Of a DNA stretch of 64,000 nucleotides, positions 57,681-64,000 are shown piece after piece. The notes beneath the pieces are model-generated. The model worked only from the letters and a program-made list of their open reading frames with translations. It ran no database searches and was not told where the DNA came from. Made by a program: the position numbers and the translations under genes. The stretch comes from Massalongia carnosa (taxonomy: Eukaryota), in the NCBI GenBank assembly GCA_965645245.1, contig OZ287082.1:806001-870000 (forward strand), read 5' to 3'. Within the stretch, counting starts at the first letter, position 1, and every line of letters starts with the position of its first letter.

Positions 57681-58120
57681 GCTATTGTTACGGGGTCACA
57701 CGTGCTTTATAGATGATCAGGTGACAGGACAGGCCTATGCAGCCGAGAGTTGGGATAAAAGGGGCTTTCTGTGACGAAGCGATATAGTGAATAGATTTCT
57801 ACCATTGCGCCACCTGTCCTTCCCGACCAAAAGGCACAATACTTAGTCATCAATCGGTGTACTAGTCGTGAGTTCGATTCCTGACCTGAGCTCCTCGCTT
57901 TTTCGCCTTGCTTCGACGGACTGAAGCTAGGACGAAACGGGAAAGCGTTGGATAAAAACTCTCTAAGTCGGATCGGCGAGGGCCGTACGCTAAGAAGAGC
58001 CCATTCTTCGGGGCTAACTATAACTGGAAGCGGCTAGGGGCTAGCCGTAGCTAGACGGGCGGAAGTGTAACGGTTCGACCAAGCGTGGTGCGGACGGCAG
58101 GACCTACAGCGAACATAGCA

Positions 58121-61100
58121 TGTCAGGGTCCTAGCCTGACATAAGGCTGAGATAGAAGGGGGGATCACGGGAGCACGCGAGGCTAGCGCGACACTCGGTG
58201 CAGATATTTCTAGCGAGTCACGCACAATAATTCTTTTCTTCTTTTGTAGATAAATTTTAGTTTAATAGCGGTTGATTAGAATCGACGACAGCTTCCTTAC
58301 ACAATTTATCTACCTATTAGTATTCTTTCTTCCAGAACTTCCAGTAGGGACGAGGTCCCGTTCCAGCAACTTTCTTCCAGATAGGGTGAAAACCCGTTCC
58401 AGTAACTTTCCAGACCGATCGTTTGTGCGAATCCAAACCGATCCAAATTCCAGAACTTCCAGAACTTTTAGAATCAGGGAATCAAGCTTTCCCATTGTCA
58501 GAATCCAGTCATGAGCTCAAAAACGCCCATGACGGCGAGAAAGGCCGTAGCCACTCCCGCAGAGGCCCAGACCGGCCCAGCATTTAACACCCGCGCTCTT
58601 TCCGTCTCCCATCATTCGTCTCGCTCGGATAGCAGCATGCCGGGAACGTTTGAAGACTCCGAATTACCTCAGAACGAGCAGATTAAAGAAACCACGGAGG
58701 GGACGTGGGAAAAAACCCCAAGAGCAGGACGTGAAAAAGAAAAGAAGTTTTTTCAGAAGATCGATGTCTCCGATCATCCATATTACGAGAAGGATGCCGC
58801 GGAACATCCGTCCCACGTTGCAGCACACAATTTGAAGGAATTGCAGAGCATCTTGCGAGACGAGAAAGAAGGACCCCGATGGTATGACTTCCTCGCGAGA
58901 GCGCTCGAATACGACAAGACCCTATTCAACTAATACATCTTCTTGCAGGGCGACCTGGAGAAGCTTGGCGAGGCCAACAAGATCAATAGACGTTACAAAC
59001 AAGTACATGAACGTCTCATCACGGAAAAAGACGATGCCGAACGAGAGGCCCTTCTCGCGCAAGAAGAACTATCGCATAGAGATATCGAATTGAAGGAAAT
59101 GACTATAGCAAAGAGAGATTACAGAAAGACATAGACTCCCTGGTCCGCCAGTTAGCGGAAACACGGGAAACACCACGTCATCAACGAGAAAATACCGTTA
59201 CTACCCGAAGCACCAACACCAACCCCCAGAATTGGCGACCCCGTGGTATAAACCCTAGCAAGCCACTTAAAGGTGAGGACTCGGAGGAGTATAGCCCTTG
59301 GGCATACTCCGTCCGCAATAAACTGAAGACAGACGCACCCCTCTACGCCGATGAGAACGAAAAGGTCGGTTACGCGCTGTCTCAAATGGAAGAGCCGATC
59401 TTCGGGGCTATGCACTCTTGGATAGTGGATATGGGAGACTCACTATCGGCCGACGCTTTATTCGAAGAGATTGAGCACTATATGGGCATTCACCTCTAGA
59501 GCCGCGACGCCAAGAAAGAACTCCTCACCGTCACCATGAAAGGGGGCGAAAGCGTCAGCGAGTATTATCACCGAATTTTCAAGCTATGTGGCAGAAAGCC
59601 AAAACTCCCCTTGACGAGCGAATTGAGAAGTTCCTCGTGACGTTAAAGCCTAGCATCTCCAACTCTCTTATGGGTTCAGTCTTTACTAATTTCCGCCCTT
59701 TACTTGACGAAGCACGAAGAATCGAAGACCGCCGCAAAGATGTGGCGCACCACTTTCCTCGTCCCGATAAACCAGCCGCAACAAAGAATTCCAGCCAACG
59801 AAGCAACTTCTCCAGCGGACAATCCTCAACCCAGTCCTCCGGCGGAAAGTCCGCCTCATCCTCCATCAATCAAACCAGCTCCAAGAAATCTGATGATCGG
59901 CCGAATGCGAAGCTGATGCCAACGATAGTCAACCCGGCCGGTTGGGTAGGCACCTGGTATGATCCAGACCCAAACCCAAAGAAGCTGAAGGATGACGAGC
60001 GCGAGTCCCTCTCCCGTCAACGCCGATGCTGGGCATGCAGGGGATCAGGACATCGAGGAATCGATACCATTTGTCCACAATACAGGGACAAGAACTTGAG
60101 CACCATGAGAACAGTAGAAACAGATTCGGGAGCGGAATCTGAGGCGGGGAAAGCCTAGTCCTTGATCGAAATCGCGATCAAGGGCTTACAAACAAGGAGG
60201 TTGTTAATGGGAACGGTGACACTGAAACGAAAATGATTAGGGTCTCTACTTGTGCTGTCCGCGATACTGAAAAGAAAATCGAGGGCAAGCATTTAGTTTT
60301 TAAAACTAGCGTAGCTGGAATTAAAACCCGTTTACTTATCGATAATGGAAGTGAAGCTGAACTCATTGACGAATCCTTTGTGCGTAAACACAAATTGAAC
60401 ACCTTCAAATTGGATGAGAAGGTGAAACTTACTTTGGGAAATGGAGAGGTAGTACAGCTCCTCTCGAAGGCCGCCTTGATCGACGTGAAAATCGGAGATC
60501 ACGAAGAGCAAGTCTTATGTTATTTGGCAAAACTAGAAGCGTATGCAGTCATTTTAGGGAATGGATGGCTGCAAACGCACAACCCAATGATCAATTGGAA
60601 AGAGAGAACGATGAAGTTCAACTCATCAGATTGTCTTGAAAAAGGATGTCTTACACGAGGGATAACTTGCACCGAATTCGCTGTGGGAAGCAAGGTTAAG
60701 AATAGGATCGAGCTAAGGAAGACATCGAAGTTCTTCCAGTCAACGCAAAACACTTCTTTCGAATGGCCAGAAAGAAGGATCATGACGGCTATCTATGGAT
60801 TCCTCGAGAAACAAAGAAGGCCTTCTGCGCAACTACCACCGGAGCAGTGACATCAGGAGATTACGACAAGTTCATGAAGGGAAAACCGGAATACACCCGA
60901 GAGGAGTTGTTGAAGAGAGTCCCAGCAGCTTATCACAGCGTAATAGATGTTTTCATGAAGCACAAGGCGGATGAACTGCCTGAACACCGGAAGGAGGATC
61001 ATCAGATAAATCTCGAAGCGGGAAAAGAAGCTCCGTACGTAAGGAACTATAAACCCATTTCAGAACAAGAATTGGAAGCGGTTAAGAAGTACATCGACGA

Positions 61101-64000
61101 GCATCTGGGAAAAGGCTTCATCCGTCCAAGTTCGTCAAGCGCAGCAGCCGCCGTTCTTTTAGTTAGAAAACCAGGGGGTGGTTTAAGATTTTGCGTAGAT
61201 TATAGAGCCTTGAACTCCATCACGATCAAGAACAGGTACCCAATACCGTTGATAAATGAAACGTTGGGAAAACTATCACAAGCCAAGAAGTTCACAAAAC
61301 TGGATGTGATTACCGCTTTCAATCGTATGAGAATGAAGGAAGGCCACGAATGGCTCACGGCTTTCAATACCAGATATGGTCAGTTCGAATATCTGGTAAT
61401 GCCATTCGGTCTCTGCAATGCTCCGGGAACCTTTCAGAGCTTCATTAACGATACAGTCAGAGAATACTTATACGTCTTCTGCACTGCGTACTTGGACGAT
61501 GTCCTAAGTTATAGCGAAAAGGAAGAAGAGCATTCCGAACAAGTGTTAAAAGTTCTAACTCGATTGAAGGAGAAAGGACTGCAAGTGGACATAGACAAAT
61601 GCGAATTCTCTGTGACGGAAGTAAATTATCTTGGATTGATAGTTACCACCGATGGAATAAAGATGGACTCGGAGAAAATCGAGGCGATTCTGAAATGGGA
61701 GACCCCAGGCTCCGTAAAAGACGTGCAAGCATTTTTAGGCTTTGCGAATTTTTATCGACGATTTATATCGAGATTTTCGCAACGGACGAGATCGTTAACA
61801 GAATTAACAAAGGGCGAACAAATAACGACGAAATCAGGAAAGAAACGAACCAAGTATAATTCGTTCGTATGGTCTGAAGATTGTCAAAAGGCCTTCGAAG
61901 ATTTAAAAATTGCGTTCACCACCGCTCCCGTCTTAGCACATTACGATCCGGCCCTGGAAACATGGGTCGAGACTGACTCTTCAGATTTCGTCAGCGCCGG
62001 AGTACTCTTTCAAATGCACGATGGAGTACTGAAACCGGTAGCCTATTTTTCCAAGAAGATGACCCCTGCCGAGTGTAACTATATGATTTATGATAAGGAA
62101 CTCCTCTCTATTGTAAAGAGCTTCGAAGTCTGGCGCCCCGAGGTTGCAAGTGCTGCTCCTGATAAACCTGTTAAAGTATACACCGATCACAAGAATTTAG
62201 AGCACTTCATGACCACGAAGCAGCTAAACAGAAGGCAAGCCAGATGGGCCGAATTTCTTTCCGAATTTAATTTCAAGATTATGTATCGACCGGGAAAGCA
62301 AGGAGAGAAACCGGATACGCTTACTCGACGCTCTCAAGATCTCCCGAAAGGATTCGAAGATATCAGAGAGCAACATCAGTTTCAAACGCTGCTTCAAGAG
62401 CATCAACTAGATGACGATGTACGAAAAGCGTTAGCAGTCGTGATCTGCGCAAACACAGCGGACGACGACGACGACGACGATAACAATCAAGATAATCAAA
62501 GCGAATTCATCGAGGAAGACACAACAGGATCGGAGGAACCCAACGCAGAACCTACATCAGTGATCGACGAGACCGAGAGCTCAGTAACGAAGACTTTGGA
62601 GGAACTAATTGAAGAAGCTTACGAAAAAGACGAAACAGTTCAAGACATAGTAGCAGCAAAGAGGAAGGAACTGAGGAAACTCCCATTGAACCTCATAAAA
62701 AGAGGAATAAAGCTAGCAATGGGGGACCTCAAACTAGAAAACGACAAGCTGTATGTCAAAGGAAGACTATACGTACCAGATTACGAGCCATTGCAGCTAC
62801 ATTTACTGAAAAAGCATCACGAACCACCATTACAGGGCCATCCGGGATACAAAAGTATGTATCAGATAATGAGAGAAAATTATTTCTGGTTTGAAATGAA
62901 GGATCACTGCAAGAGATACGCAGTTAACTGCTCCGTATGCCGAAGATCAAAAGCATACAACGACAAGAAGCAAGGCCTGCTGAATCCTCTTCCCATTCCA
63001 AATAGAAAATGGATGGACGTGTCATTGGACTTCGTCGAATTCCTTCCAGAATGCCGAAGACGAAACAGAGTCTATCAACACATATTAGTGATAGTAGATC
63101 GTTTAACGAAAAGACGATTATACGAACCACTAACCTCTCTCTCTACTGATGAACTGATGGATGCGATGTCCAGGAGATTATTCTCCTCTTACGGATTTTC
63201 TATATCAACAGTCAACGATCGCGGTAGTCAACTAACCGCTCACTTATGGAAAAGAGTTTGCGAAAGATACGGGGTGAGAATCAAATTTTCATCTGCACAT
63301 CATCCCGAAACAGACTGTCAAACCGAAAACGCCAACAAGGTAATGAAAAATTATCTCCGAGCATACGTCAGTTACACACAAGACAATTGGGTGGATTATC
63401 TTTCAGACGCAGAGTTTGCCGCCAACAATCATGTAAATGTATCAACGGGAATGACTCCATTCTTCGCAGACCATGGCTTCCACCCACGCTGTGGCATCGA
63501 ACCACCAGGCACATACGAAGGAAAAGGAAAAGCAGAGATACTGCATGCTGACAAAATCATAGAACGGCAAGAAGCCATGCGAACCTGGCTCCGAGATCAA
63601 TTAGCCTGGGCTCAGGAAGAACAAACACGACACGCAAACAAAGGCCGTCAACCTCACCCCGAATACAAAATCGGTGACATGGTTTATGTAAACGCCAAGC
63701 ACTTTGCTTCAGAAAGACCCAGCAGATCATTAAGCTTCAAGAACATAGGACCATGGAAGATAATAAGAATTATCGACAATAAAGCATACGAATTAGAGAT
63801 CCCGGATCAGTTAAAGAACGTTGGGCTTACCCCCATCTTTCATCCGTGGAAGCTACATCTCGCACCTTCCAACCCATTCCCAGGACAAGTCTTACCGCCT
63901 GGACCGCCCATAGCCATAACCGAAAACGACGAAGAGGATGCCCACGAAGAATGGGAAGTCCTCGAAATAATAGACTGCCGCGAAACAAGAAAGTTCGGCG
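58121..64000 (+). mobile_element. Ty3/Gypsy chromovirus related to the element at 1-4192; runs off the window
   Basis: 5' LTR 58121-58301. Disrupted gag 58511-60158. PR (LIDNGSE) 60233-60720, then a frameshift. RT-RH-IN-chromodomain frame appears open from about 60720 to the window end. Confidence 0.93.

Noticed and set aside
57915..57955. Possible hammerhead ribozyme core (ctgaag...cgaaac)
   Set aside because: The core deviates from CUGANGA and no stem I pairing could be formed.
1..64000. Starship captain, rRNA or tRNA genes, and an amyloid-signalling effector next to the NLR
   Set aside because: No tyrosine recombinase motifs, RNA gene folds or adjacent effector ORF were seen.

Overview
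Eukaryotic, almost certainly filamentous ascomycete DNA, judged from short GT-AG introns, a fungal NLR and Pezizomycotina-type transposons. The 64 kb is a nest of transposable elements. It holds three Ty3/Gypsy chromoviruses, one of them intact and part of an unusual three-LTR composite, and three Ty1/Copia elements with half-tRNA-iMet PBS. It also holds about a dozen solo LTRs, Tc1 and Fot1/pogo DNA transposons, hAT and pogo MITEs, a Mutator element, an internally deleted Helitron and an inverted LINE. Only two non-TE genes are seen. One is a fungal NLR (HeLo/SesA-like N-terminus, NACHT, highly conserved ankyrin repeats, ZZ finger) frameshifted by a 5-bp duplication. The other is a pseudogenised Spok-like protein (coiled-coil, PD-(D/E)xK nuclease, Cys cluster, kinase) of the meiotic-drive toxin-antidote type. 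A direct segmental duplication (about 6.2-12.5 kb vs 31.3-41.4 kb) supplies empty sites that define insertion boundaries. All calls come from reading motifs and comparing sequences by eye; no searches were run.
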